From Rodentibacter haemolyticus (GTDB taxonomy: Bacteria; Pseudomonadota; Gammaproteobacteria; Enterobacterales; Pasteurellaceae): 24,000 nucleotides of DNA. Shown here one piece after another: positions 9,674 through 18,626 of the stretch. Each line of letters starts with the position of its first letter. The stretch's first letter is position 1. Location: the NCBI RefSeq assembly GCF_015356115.1, contig NZ_CP063056.1, positions 1,003,296 through 1,027,295 on the forward strand, in the 5' to 3' direction. The translations under genes and the position numbers were made by a program. The notes below the pieces were generated by a model. The model was not told the DNA's origin, did no database searches, and saw only the letters and a list, made by a program, of their open reading frames with translations.

Positions 9674-10438
9674 CTATTTTTTCAATTCTTCCGAATTTTC
9701 AACCGCACTTTCATCTTCTTTTGGCTGATAGAAACGTGCGATTAGCAAACCGATCTCAAATAACAAGCACATAGGTACGGCAAGTAAGGTTTGCGAGAAA
9801 ACATCCGGCGGCGTTAAGATCATACCGATAAAAAATGCGGCAACAATAATATAAGGGCGTTTTTCAGAAAGGGCTTTTACCGTAGTAACGCCGGTCCAAC
9901 AAAGCAAAATAATCGCAATCGGTACCTCAAAACATACGCCGAAAGCAAGAAATAACGCTAACGCAAAATCAAGATAGCTACTAATATCCGTTGCAATAGC
10001 AACGCCTTCCGGTGCGGTTTGGGTGAAAAAACCGAATACAAAAGGAAACACCACGTAATAGGCAAATGCGACACCGCAATAAAATAAAACCGTGCTGGAA
10101 ATCAACAGCGGATAAATCATTCGCTTTTCATGCTGATACAATGCCGGCGCAACAAACGCCCAAACTTGATAAAGTAAATAAGGGACGGAAATAAATACAG
10201 CGACAATTGCCGTTAATTTAATCGGTGTGAAAAAAGGGGTTTGAATGTTGGTTGCTATCATCGTTGCCCCTTTTGGCATAACCGCTGTTAAGGGGGCAGC
10301 AACGAAATGGTAAATATCATTGGAAAAATACACCAAGGCGATAAAAACAACCAAGATGCAAATCACACAACGCAGTAGTCGGTTTCTTAATTCGACAAGA
10401 TGGCTGATAAGAGGTTGAGATTCATCCACGCTACTCAT
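9674..10438 (-). CDS. tatC: Twin-arginine translocase subunit TatC
   Basis: 254-aa polytopic membrane protein with the TatC N-terminus ([14 protein letters not shown]) and about six hydrophobic segments. It lies downstream of tatA-tatB. Confidence 0.93.
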   Translation of the reverse strand: MSSVDESQPLISHLVELRNRLLRCVICILVVFIALVYFSNDIYHFVAAPLTAVMPKGATMIATNIQTPFFTPIKLTAIVAVFISVPYLLYQVWAFVAPALYQHEKRMIYPLLISSTVLFYCGVAFAYYVVFPFVFGFFTQTAPEGVAIATDISSYLDFALALFLAFGVCFEVPIAIILLCWTGVTTVKALSEKRPYIIVAAFFIGMILTPPDVFSQTLLAVPMCLLFEIGLLIARFYQPKEDESAVENSEELKK

Positions 10439-10448
10439 AAAAAGCTCG

Positions 10449-11006
10449 CTATGATTGGGACTTTTGTGCCGGAGTAACTTCTATATCATCCGGCGGATAA
10501 TAATCGGATAAACGTTCGGTCAGTTCCGCTTGTTCGTGGGCTTCAAGTGCGGTCAAATCCGAAGCGGTTTTTTCTTCGGTCATTTCCCCTCTTTCATTTA
10601 AAGTTAGGATTTCTTCGGAAACCGAAGGTTCGGTAAATTTATCCGCATTTCCAGCCACACTTTTGATTTCTTTAATCTGCTCTTCCACCGTAGTGCCGGC
10701 TTCTGCAGCTTTCGCTTCTAACTCCGCACGCATTTTATTCGCTTGGATTTTTAATTCTTCAACGGTTTTGCCCAATTCAGGAGAGAGCGTTCGCAAATTC
10801 AACGATTCCGCTTTTTTAATGCTATCTTGCAACTCTTGCAGTTTCAGTTCCTGTTTTAATTCATTTTGAACATTCGCCGCTAATCCACGAATTGTTTTTA
10901 CCCAGCCCATCACGGTTCGGATTGCCACGGGCAAACGTTTAGGACCTAGCACCACTAAGCCCACTATCATTAATAAAACAAGTTCGGAAAAACCAATATC
11001 AAACAC
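10449..11006 (-). CDS. tatB: Twin-arginine translocase subunit TatB
   Basis: 185 aa. The N-terminus [26 protein letters not shown] is the TatA/B family TM plus amphipathic helix, followed by a long acidic tail. Confidence 0.9.
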   Translation of the reverse strand: MFDIGFSELVLLMIVGLVVLGPKRLPVAIRTVMGWVKTIRGLAANVQNELKQELKLQELQDSIKKAESLNLRTLSPELGKTVEELKIQANKMRAELEAKAAEAGTTVEEQIKEIKSVAGNADKFTEPSVSEEILTLNERGEMTEEKTASDLTALEAHEQAELTERLSDYYPPDDIEVTPAQKSQS

Positions 11007-11009
11007 GGG

Positions 11010-11243
11010 TTATGCCTGTTCTTTATCTTTTACGCTTTCAGATTTTGTCGTATTTGCCGATTCATCTTGAATTGACTTAAATTCCGCATCTTTCGATTTC
11101 GGCTCATCATCTTGCATCGCTTTTTTAAATCCTTTCACTGCCGCGCCAAGATCAGAACCCGCATTTCTTAATTTCTTCGTACCAAAAACCAATAAAATCA
11201 CCACTAGCAAGATGATCATTTGCGCTGGGGATAAACCGAACAT
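11010..11243 (-). CDS. tatA: Twin-arginine translocase subunit TatA
   Basis: 77 aa. The N-terminus [43 protein letters not shown] is the typical TatA/E sequence. Confidence 0.92.
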   Translation of the reverse strand: MFGLSPAQMIILLVVILLVFGTKKLRNAGSDLGAAVKGFKKAMQDDEPKSKDAEFKSIQDESANTTKSESVKDKEQA

Positions 11244-11479
11244 AATAAAAACTCCGTTTTCTAAAATAAAAAATTCGGGCTGAATATACTCTTTTTACCC
11301 TCATTGAACAATAGCTAAGCGGGATTATTTTGCCCCCTTCATAGTGAATTAAATTTAAAAATGGCTACTGCATTGCTGTGTCTTGCCGTACTACTTGTAT
11401 TGTCTTCGGCTTACTGCTCTGTATCCATTTTAATTCACTACAACAAAAGTGCGGTCAAGTTTTGCAGAGAATTTAAAAG

Positions 11480-11507
11480 TTGGAAGAACGACAAAAATTG
11501 CTATAAT
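11480..11507 (+). promoter_or_regulatory. Candidate sigma70 promoter of psd
   Basis: TTGGAA (11480-11485), a 16-nt spacer, then an extended -10 TGcTATAAT (TATAAT at 11502-11507), 30 nt upstream of the psd ATG. Confidence 0.45.
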
Positions 11508-11536
11508 CAGCGCCTAATTTTTATGGAGGAAAAACA

Positions 11537-12409
11537 ATGATGAACAGGATTTCTTATTGGCAACGCCTAAAAATTGCCTTTCAATACGTGATGCCGCAAT
11601 TTTATCTAACCCGTTTTGCAGGTTGGTTTGCCAAACAAAAATGGGGAAAAATTACTCATCTTGCCATTCAAGTCTTTGCGAAGAAATATCATATTGATAT
11701 GAGTATTGCACAAAAGGAACAATTTAACGAATACGCCAGTTTTAACGAATTTTTTATTCGCCCTTTAAAAGAAAATGCCCGCCCGATTAATCAAAACCCA
11801 AGCGCACTTTGCTTGCCGGCAGACGGTCGGATCAGCGAATGCGGTCATATTGATGACAACCGATTACTACAAGCCAAAGGGCATTTTTTCCGTTTAGAAG
11901 AATTATTGGCGGAAGATGAAACCTTGGTGGAAACCTTTAAAAACGGAGAGTTTGTCACCACTTACCTCTCTCCGCGTGATTATCATCGCGTTCATATGCC
12001 TTGTGACGGCACATTACGCAAAATGATTTACGTGCCGGGCGAGTTATTTTCCGTCAATCCGTTTTTGGCCCAACATATACCGAACTTATTCGCCCGTAAC
12101 GAACGTGTTATTTGTGTGTTTGATACGGAATTTGGCACAATGGTACAAATTTTAGTCGGCGCGACCATCACCGCCAGCATCGGTACGACTTGGGCGGGCG
12201 TAATTAATCCACCACGTCACGATACCGTGAAAACTTGGACTTACGAGGGCGAAAATGCGGTGAAATTAACGAAAGGTCAAGAAATGGGCTGGTTCCAACT
12301 CGGTTCTACCGTAATTAACCTCTTCCAAGAAAACCAAGTACGCTTAGCCGATCATTTAACGGTGAGCGAGCCGGTGCGTATGGGCGAAATCTTGGCATAT
12401 AAAAACTAA
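11537..12409 (+). CDS. psd: Phosphatidylserine decarboxylase proenzyme
   Basis: 290 aa with the self-cleavage LGST motif (WFQLGSTVINLF) and conserved YHRVHMP. SD GGAGGA lies 6 nt upstream of ATG 11537; a second ATG is at 11540. Confidence 0.95.
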   Translation: MMNRISYWQRLKIAFQYVMPQFYLTRFAGWFAKQKWGKITHLAIQVFAKKYHIDMSIAQKEQFNEYASFNEFFIRPLKENARPINQNPSALCLPADGRISECGHIDDNRLLQAKGHFFRLEELLAEDETLVETFKNGEFVTTYLSPRDYHRVHMPCDGTLRKMIYVPGELFSVNPFLAQHIPNLFARNERVICVFDTEFGTMVQILVGATITASIGTTWAGVINPPRHDTVKTWTYEGENAVKLTKGQEMGWFQLGSTVINLFQENQVRLADHLTVSEPVRMGEILAYKN

Positions 12410-12432
12410 TTTTTTAACAAAGGAAAATGACA

Positions 12433-13056
12433 ATGAGTTTTAACAACGTGAAATTAGAGAGTATCTCTGAAAAAGGCAGTTATGGGATCGGTTTACAAAT
12501 CGGCCAGCAATTACTTGACAGTCAAATGGACATCAAGGTTGAAGCGGTGGCAAAGGGTATTTTTGATGCCTTAAATCACAATCAACCGGCATTAGATATA
12601 AATGACTTAATGACTTCCGTGCAACAACTTCAACAACAAGCGGCGGAGGCACAGCAGGCTCAATTTAAAGTGATTGAAGAAGAAGGCAAAGCGTTTTTAG
12701 CCGAAAATGCCAAAAAAGACGGTGTAAATATTACCGACAGCGGTCTTCAATACGAGATCATTACCGAAGGCAAAGGCACAAAACCAAACGCAACCGACAA
12801 AGTTCGTGTTCACTATATCGGTACTTTACCAAACGGAACGGTGTTCGATAGCTCTGTGGCACGCGGTCAACCGGCTGAATTTCCGGTAAACGGCGTTATT
12901 CGCGGCTGGGTAGAAGCGTTACAAATGATGCCTGTAGGATCAAAATGGAAATTAGCCATTCCACACGAATTGGCCTACGGAGAACGTGGCGCCGGCGCCT
13001 CTATCCCACCATTCTCTCCATTAGTGTTTGAAGTGGAATTACTCGATATTCTTTAA
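12433..13056 (+). CDS. fklB: FKBP-type peptidyl-prolyl cis-trans isomerase (FklB-like, cytoplasmic; no signal peptide)
   Basis: N-terminal dimerisation helix region plus a C-terminal FKBP domain (VRVHYIGTLPNGTVFDSS.., GVIRGWVEALQMMPVGSKWKLAIPHELAYGERG). The ORF opens at 12427, but AGGA (12421-12424) is better spaced for ATG 12433. Confidence 0.88.
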   Translation: MSFNNVKLESISEKGSYGIGLQIGQQLLDSQMDIKVEAVAKGIFDALNHNQPALDINDLMTSVQQLQQQAAEAQQAQFKVIEEEGKAFLAENAKKDGVNITDSGLQYEIITEGKGTKPNATDKVRVHYIGTLPNGTVFDSSVARGQPAEFPVNGVIRGWVEALQMMPVGSKWKLAIPHELAYGERGAGASIPPFSPLVFEVELLDIL

Positions 13057-13063
13057 TCGAAAA

Positions 13064-13106
13064 AAGCGCGGTCAAAATTCCCCAAGATTTTTAACCGCAC
13101 TTTTTA
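13064..13106 (+). terminator. Terminator hairpin made of a degenerate USS and a perfect inverted USS
   Basis: aagCgcggtcaaaa pairs with ttttaaccgcactt (perfect core 13094-13102) and is followed by ttttt. Confidence 0.65.
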
Positions 13107-13208
13107 TTCCAAAATCACATATCAATTAACCAAAAATTATTGGCATATTCTCCCCTCTCCAATTAAAAATAATCCTACGTTTTTTCCGGTTTATTTTGGG
13201 AGGGATCA

Positions 13209-14249
13209 ATGCTTTTAACAGGATTACTTTGCGGCGTTTTGCTTGGATTTGTCATGCAGCGCGGGCGTTTTTGTATTACGGGTGCTTTTCGCGATTTATA
13301 TGTGACGAAAAGCAATAAAATGTTTGTCGCTTTGCTCATTGCAATCACCGTACAATCTATCGGTTTCTTTATTTTAAAAGAAATAGGTTGGTTGAATATC
13401 GAACCCGCTAAAAATTTTGAATATCTGGCAGTGATTAGCGGTTCTTTCTTATTCGGTATCGGTATTATTTATGCCGGAGGTTGTGCCACGGGGACATGGT
13501 ACCGTGTGGCGGAAGGACTCATCGGGAGTTGGGTCGCATTATTTATGTATATATTATTGAGTGCGATAATGCGTACCGGTCCGCTTGGTGACACTAACCG
13601 TGCCATGCGTAGCGTAAAAGTGGACGAACGTAATATTTATGAAACGGTCGGTATTTCAGCTTGGTGGTTCGTTGCTTTATTAACCTTTGTTACAGGCTAT
13701 TATGTCTATAAACATCTCGCTAAACCACAAGCCAAAATCGCCTCGCTTAAACCGAAAAAAACCGGCATTGCACATATACTCTTTGAAAAACGTTGGCATC
13801 CCTTCGTTTCCGCCATCTTAATCGGTTTGATCGCTTTTGCCGCTTGGCCATTAAGTGTCGCAACCGGGCGCATTGGTGGATTAGGTATTACCACGCCATC
13901 GGCAAACATTATGCAATACTTAATCACCAATGATACGAAATTTATTAACTGGGGTGTGTTCTTAGTATTAGGGATCTTCATCGGTTCATTTATCGCAGCA
14001 AAAGGCAGTAACGAATTTCGCCTTCGCTTGCCGGATGTTCAAACTATGGTACGAAGTGCATTCGGCGGCACACTGATGGGTATTGGCGCAAGCCTTGCCG
14101 GAGGTTGCTCAATAGGTAATGCATTGGTCGCTACCGCTTATTTCTCGTGGCAAGGCTGGGTATCCCTTCCCTTGATGGTACTTGGCACTTGGGTGGCAGC
14201 CTATTTCACGATTATCCGCCCACAACGACTAAAATCAGCAACATCTTAA
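13209..14249 (+). CDS. yeeE: YeeE/YedE family inner-membrane sulfur (thiosulfate) transporter
   Basis: 346-aa polytopic membrane protein with the family's conserved Cys-containing motifs (RGRFCITGAFRD, AGGCATGTWYR, AGGCSIGNALV). It is followed by a TusA-like yeeD partner. SD GGGAGGGA. Confidence 0.85.
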   Translation: MLLTGLLCGVLLGFVMQRGRFCITGAFRDLYVTKSNKMFVALLIAITVQSIGFFILKEIGWLNIEPAKNFEYLAVISGSFLFGIGIIYAGGCATGTWYRVAEGLIGSWVALFMYILLSAIMRTGPLGDTNRAMRSVKVDERNIYETVGISAWWFVALLTFVTGYYVYKHLAKPQAKIASLKPKKTGIAHILFEKRWHPFVSAILIGLIAFAAWPLSVATGRIGGLGITTPSANIMQYLITNDTKFINWGVFLVLGIFIGSFIAAKGSNEFRLRLPDVQTMVRSAFGGTLMGIGASLAGGCSIGNALVATAYFSWQGWVSLPLMVLGTWVAAYFTIIRPQRLKSATS

Positions 14250-14263
14250 TATAAGGAGAAAAA

Positions 14264-14485
14264 ATGATTGTTAAATTACCTGCCCTTGGGTTAGTTTGCC
14301 CTTTCCCCCTTGTTGAAGCCAAAGAAGTAATGGCAAAACTCAATAAAGGCGACGGCTTAGAAATTGAATTTGATTGTACGCAAGCCACGGAAGCAATCCC
14401 CGCTTGGGCTGCGGAAGAAGGCTATGATGTAACCGATTTTGAACAAATTGGTAATGCCAAGTGGACGATCACGGTTGTGAAATAA
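14264..14485 (+). CDS. yeeD: TusA-like sulfurtransferase YeeD
   Basis: 73 aa with the TusA/SirA active-site motif GLVCPFPLVEAK. It starts 14 nt after yeeE, with SD AAGGAGA. Confidence 0.85.
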   Translation: MIVKLPALGLVCPFPLVEAKEVMAKLNKGDGLEIEFDCTQATEAIPAWAAEEGYDVTDFEQIGNAKWTITVVK

Positions 14486-14490
14486 ACACA

Positions 14491-14532
14491 AAGTGCGGTC
14501 AAAAAACACGAAGATTTTTGACCGCTGCTTTG
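14491..14532. terminator. USS hairpin (yeeD terminator); left copy of the 35-bp inverted repeat bounding the HNH/XRE cassette
   Basis: aagtgcggtcaaaaa, loop acacgaag, then atttttgaccgcTGcttt. Positions 14491-14525 are the exact reverse complement of 15533-15567. Confidence 0.8.
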
Positions 14533-15060
14533 TTACTTATAACTACGTCTTCCTCTAGGAGATAAGGGATTATCAGGAAATTCTATATATTCAATATCTC
14601 TAATATGGAGTTTTCGTTCTTGTCTCCATTCTAGATATTCAAATAGTGTTTTATTGGTTTTTTCTTTATTACATTTATGACAACTTAAGGTCAAATTGTT
14701 AATATTATTGGAACCACCTCTTGAAATAGGGGTTAGATGCTCAATATCACCTCCCCCATTCAAGGATTTCCCACAAAACCTACACATATCATTTAATTTA
14801 TTTCTTAATATGCTTATTTCTTGTTCTGTGTAGCTACCACCTGCAATCTCCATATGCTGGGATCTTCTTTTGATACGAGCAGCCATAGCTAAAGGGTTTT
14901 CTCTATGATACTTGGCTGTATTAGCTGCCATGCATTTTCTACAAGAATTTCGGTATGCTACCTTAATTGAACCATCACTTCTTTTATTTTTATATTGTCC
15001 AAAGTGTTCTCTATCTACAGGCAAATATTCACCACAATCTTTACAATATTTATATTCCAT
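14533..15060 (-). CDS. HNH endonuclease with N-terminal zinc-ribbon (CxxC...CxxC)
   Basis: 175 aa. The N-terminus has CKDC...CRKC. The C-terminal HNH/His-Me finger core is CRFCG..DIEHLTPISRGGSNNINNLTLSCHKCNKEK. The gene is AT-rich and uses AGA/AGG Arg codons, unlike its neighbours. Confidence 0.85.
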   Translation of the reverse strand: MEYKYCKDCGEYLPVDREHFGQYKNKRSDGSIKVAYRNSCRKCMAANTAKYHRENPLAMAARIKRRSQHMEIAGGSYTEQEISILRNKLNDMCRFCGKSLNGGGDIEHLTPISRGGSNNINNLTLSCHKCNKEKTNKTLFEYLEWRQERKLHIRDIEYIEFPDNPLSPRGRRSYK

Positions 15061-15079
15061 ATATGAAATCCTTAGTTAT

Positions 15080-15113
15080 TTAATGAGTAATTTTATTTCA
15101 TTTTACTTATTAA
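15080..15113. promoter_or_regulatory. Candidate operator: inverted repeat TTAATGAGTAA-N12-TTACTTATTAA in the HNH/XRE divergent promoter region
   Basis: 15080-15090 against rc of 15103-15113 matches at 10 of 11 positions. The repeat is centred in the 95-bp divergent intergenic region. Confidence 0.4.
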
Positions 15114-15155
15114 TAGCACTTCATTCAACATTAAAAACCGACAAAATATCTAAAA

Positions 15156-15521
15156 ATGAGTAAAACTTTATTGATAATGGCACAATTAATATCTACAAAC
15201 ACAGATAAATTGATCGGGGCAAGAATACAGCAGAAAAGAAGAGAGCAAGGACTTTCAGCAGAAAAGCTTTCTGAATTTGTAAATCTTTCGCAACAACAAA
15301 TATCACGCTATGAACGTGGGGCAAGCAAAATTAATATTGCTCATCTAATTGATATTGCAATATTTTTAAGAACTCCAATTAACTGGTTTTTCCAAGACTG
15401 CTTACCAGAAGAACTTACTTCAGAACAACTCCCTAAAAATAATTTTGATCTACAATGGGATACTTTAAACAATGAACAAAAGGAAAGATTTATTTCCTTT
15501 CTTGATTCTATAAGGAAATAA
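15156..15521 (+). CDS. XRE/Cro-family helix-turn-helix transcriptional regulator
   Basis: 121 aa with the HTH_3-type motif IGARIQQKRREQGLSAEKLSEFVNLSQQQISRYERGASKINIAHLIDIA. The start is uncertain (ATG 15156 or 15177) and there is no clear SD. Confidence 0.8.
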   Translation: MSKTLLIMAQLISTNTDKLIGARIQQKRREQGLSAEKLSEFVNLSQQQISRYERGASKINIAHLIDIAIFLRTPINWFFQDCLPEELTSEQLPKNNFDLQWDTLNNEQKERFISFLDSIRK

Positions 15522-15526
15522 CATAA

Positions 15527-15569
15527 GTAACTGCGGTCAAAAATCTTCGTGTTTTTTGACCGCACTTTT
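15527..15569. terminator. USS hairpin; right, inverted copy of the 35-bp repeat bounding the HNH/XRE cassette (bidirectional terminator for the XRE and yhcH genes)
   Basis: aaCTgcggtcaaaaa, loop tcttcgtg, then ttttttgaccgcactt (perfect core 15559-15567). Positions 15533-15567 are the reverse complement of 14491-14525. Confidence 0.8.
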
Positions 15570-15587
15570 CTTACTAAGAATATAAAA

Positions 15588-16067
<480 letters not shown>

Positions 16068-16127
16068 TTATGCGAATATGTGAATAAAAACTACCTCATA
16101 ATAGCAAGTCGGCGGGGCGAAATAAAG

Positions 16128-16157
16128 TTACCAATCACATCAAAACATCTGTATAAT
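16128..16157 (+). promoter_or_regulatory. Candidate pnp promoter with extended -10
   Basis: TTACCA (16128-16133), an 18-nt spacer, then TGTATAAT (TATAAT at 16152-16157). This would give a leader of about 250 nt. Confidence 0.45.
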
Positions 16158-16412
16158 GCGTAGGCTTTATTTTCTGTATTAGCGTGCGGCTATCAAAAGA
16201 GATTTTTATTGTGTTGATGGTGCTTTAGGCTTGCCGTAACGCACCAAGCTATGTAGGGTGGGCAAATTTTTGCCCACCGTTTCAAGTACGATATTTTAGG
16301 TGGACAATTTGTTGCCCCCCTACAATGTGCGGTCGATTTTTTGAAGATTTCTTTTGTTAGTCGCAATCTGGAAAATAAAGCCTTGTTTTAAAATATAAGA
16401 AGGAAAAACATT

Positions 16413-18542
16413 GTGAATCCAATTGTTAAACAATTTAAATACGGTCAACACACCGTAACCTTAGAAACCGGTGCGATTGCGCGTCAAGCAACGGCAGCTG
16501 TGATGGCGAGCATGGACGATACCAGCGTGTTCGTTACCGTGGTTGCTAAAAAAGATGTAAAAGAAGGTCAAGATTTCTTCCCTTTAACCGTTAACTATCA
16601 AGAACGAACTTACGCAGCCGGCCGTATCCCGGGCGGTTTCTTCAAACGTGAAGGTCGTCCGTCCGAAGGTGAGACATTGATCGCGCGTTTAATTGACCGA
16701 CCAATCCGCCCGTTATTCCCTGAAGGTTTCTTTAATGAAATTCAAGTGGTCGCAACGGTCGTTTCCGTTAACCCGCAAATTAGCCCTGATTTAGTGGCGA
16801 TGATCGGCGCTTCCGCTGCTCTCTCGTTATCCGGTGTGCCGTTTAACGGTCCTATCGGTGCGGCGCGTGTCGGTTTCATCAATAATCAGTTCGTATTAAA
16901 CCCAACCATGGCGGAACAAAAACAAAGCCGTTTGGATTTAGTGGTTGCCGGTACCGATAAAGCCGTATTAATGGTTGAATCCGAGGCGGATATTTTAACG
17001 GAAGAGCAAATGCTATCCGCCGTTGTATTCGGTCATCAACAACAACAAGTCGTCATTGAAGCGATTAAAGAATTTGTTGCAGAAGCCGGTAAACCTCGTT
17101 GGGATTGGGTAGCACCTGAGCCGAATATTGATTTAATCAACAAAGTGAAAGCTATTGCAGAAGCCCGCTTAGGCGATGCCTACCGTATCACGGAAAAACA
17201 AACCCGTTATGCGCAAATTGATGCGATTAAGGCGGATGTGATCGCTCAAATCACTGCGGAAGATGAAGAAATCAGCGAAGGTAAAATCGTTGATATTTTC
17301 ACCACACTTGAAAGCCAAATCGTGCGCGGCCGTATCATCGCCGGTGAGCCACGCATTGACGGACGTACCGTGGACACCGTGCGTGCGTTAGATATTTGCA
17401 CCGGTGTATTACCTCGAACCCACGGTTCTGCCATTTTTACTCGTGGCGAAACCCAAGCATTGGCGGTGGCTACGTTAGGTACTGAGCGTGATGCGCAAAT
17501 TATTGATGAATTAACCGGTGAGCGTTCCGATCACTTCTTATTCCACTATAACTTCCCGCCGTATTCTGTGGGAGAAACAGGAATGATCGGTTCACCGAAA
17601 CGTCGTGAAATCGGTCACGGTCGTTTAGCCAAACGCGGTGTAGCGGCAGTAATGCCAAGTCTTGCCGAATTTCCTTATGTAGTGCGTGTGGTCTCTGAAA
17701 TCACCGAATCAAACGGTTCTTCTTCAATGGCATCGGTATGTGGCGCTTCTCTTGCATTAATGGATGCCGGTGTGCCGATTAAAGCTGCTGTTGCCGGTAT
17801 CGCAATGGGCTTAGTCAAAGAAGAAGAGAAATTCGTGGTGCTTTCCGATATTCTTGGCGATGAAGACCATTTGGGTGATATGGACTTTAAAGTTGCCGGT
17901 ACACGCGAAGGGGTAACCGCACTTCAAATGGACATCAAAATTGAAGGGATTACACCTGAAATTATGCAAATCGCCTTAAATCAAGCGAAAAGTGCGCGTA
18001 TGCATATTCTCGGCGTAATGGAACAAGCGATTCCTGAACCGCGTGCCGATATTTCCGACTACGCACCGCGCATTCACACAATGAAGATTGATCCGAAGAA
18101 AATCAAAGATGTTATCGGTAAAGGCGGCGCAACAATTCGTGCGCTGACAGAAGAAACCGGCACTTCTATTGATATTGATGATGACGGCACCGTGAAAATT
18201 GCAGCGGTAGATAGCAATGCGGCGAAAAACGTGATGGCGCGCATTGAAGAAATCGTAGCAGAAGTGGAAGCGGGAGCAATTTACAAAGGTAAAGTAACCC
18301 GCTTAGCGGACTTCGGTGCATTTGTTGCAATCGTTGGTAACAAAGAAGGTTTAGTTCACATTTCGCAAATCGCAGAAGAACGCGTAGAAAAAGTGAGTGA
18401 TTACCTTCAATTGGGTCAAGAAGTCAATGTGAAAGTGGTGGAAATCGATCGTCAGGGTCGTATCCGCTTAACGATGAAAGACTTGGCACCAAAACAAGAA
18501 ACCGAAATTAACCAAGAAGATTCTACGGAAGAACAAGAATAA
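16413..18542 (+). CDS. pnp: Polyribonucleotide nucleotidyltransferase (PNPase)
   Basis: 709 aa with two RNase PH domains, a KH domain ([20 protein letters not shown]) and an S1 domain ([17 protein letters not shown]). GTG start with AGGA 8 nt upstream. The N-terminus [19 protein letters not shown] matches E. coli PNPase. Confidence 0.97.
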   Translation: MNPIVKQFKYGQHTVTLETGAIARQATAAVMASMDDTSVFVTVVAKKDVKEGQDFFPLTVNYQERTYAAGRIPGGFFKREGRPSEGETLIARLIDRPIRPLFPEGFFNEIQVVATVVSVNPQISPDLVAMIGASAALSLSGVPFNGPIGAARVGFINNQFVLNPTMAEQKQSRLDLVVAGTDKAVLMVESEADILTEEQMLSAVVFGHQQQQVVIEAIKEFVAEAGKPRWDWVAPEPNIDLINKVKAIAEARLGDAYRITEKQTRYAQIDAIKADVIAQITAEDEEISEGKIVDIFTTLESQIVRGRIIAGEPRIDGRTVDTVRALDICTGVLPRTHGSAIFTRGETQALAVATLGTERDAQIIDELTGERSDHFLFHYNFPPYSVGETGMIGSPKRREIGHGRLAKRGVAAVMPSLAEFPYVVRVVSEITESNGSSSMASVCGASLALMDAGVPIKAAVAGIAMGLVKEEEKFVVLSDILGDEDHLGDMDFKVAGTREGVTALQMDIKIEGITPEIMQIALNQAKSARMHILGVMEQAIPEPRADISDYAPRIHTMKIDPKKIKDVIGKGGATIRALTEETGTSIDIDDDGTVKIAAVDSNAAKNVMARIEEIVAEVEAGAIYKGKVTRLADFGAFVAIVGNKEGLVHISQIAEERVEKVSDYLQLGQEVNVKVVEIDRQGRIRLTMKDLAPKQETEINQEDSTEEQE

Positions 18543-18559
18543 TCTTGGTCGATAAAATC

Positions 18560-18597
18560 AAAACTTGATGGCAAATGCCATCAAGTTTTGTTCTTTC
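18560..18597 (+). terminator. Rho-independent terminator of pnp
   Basis: A perfect stem aaaacttgatggca/tgccatcaagtttt is followed by gttcttt. Confidence 0.85.
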
Positions 18598-18626
18598 CAA
18601 CAATTTATTGATGCAAAAGAAAGCAA

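Noticed and set aside
11361-11540. 59-aa ORF (MATALLCLAVLLVLSSAYCSVS...) in the tatA-psd spacer
   Set aside because: It has no SD. It runs through the psd promoter and SD and ends overlapping the psd start. The hydrophobic N-terminus is a by-product of the pyrimidine-rich repeat core. It is kept only as part of the inverted-repeat observation.
14912-15565. ORFs 14912-15163 (+) and 15341-15565 (-) in the HNH/XRE cassette
   Set aside because: The first is antisense to the HNH 5' end and crosses the promoter region. The second is antisense to the XRE gene and starts inside the terminator hairpin. Both are low-complexity products of AT-rich DNA.
17246-17434. 62-aa antisense ORF in pnp
   Set aside because: Shadow ORF opposite a highly conserved gene.
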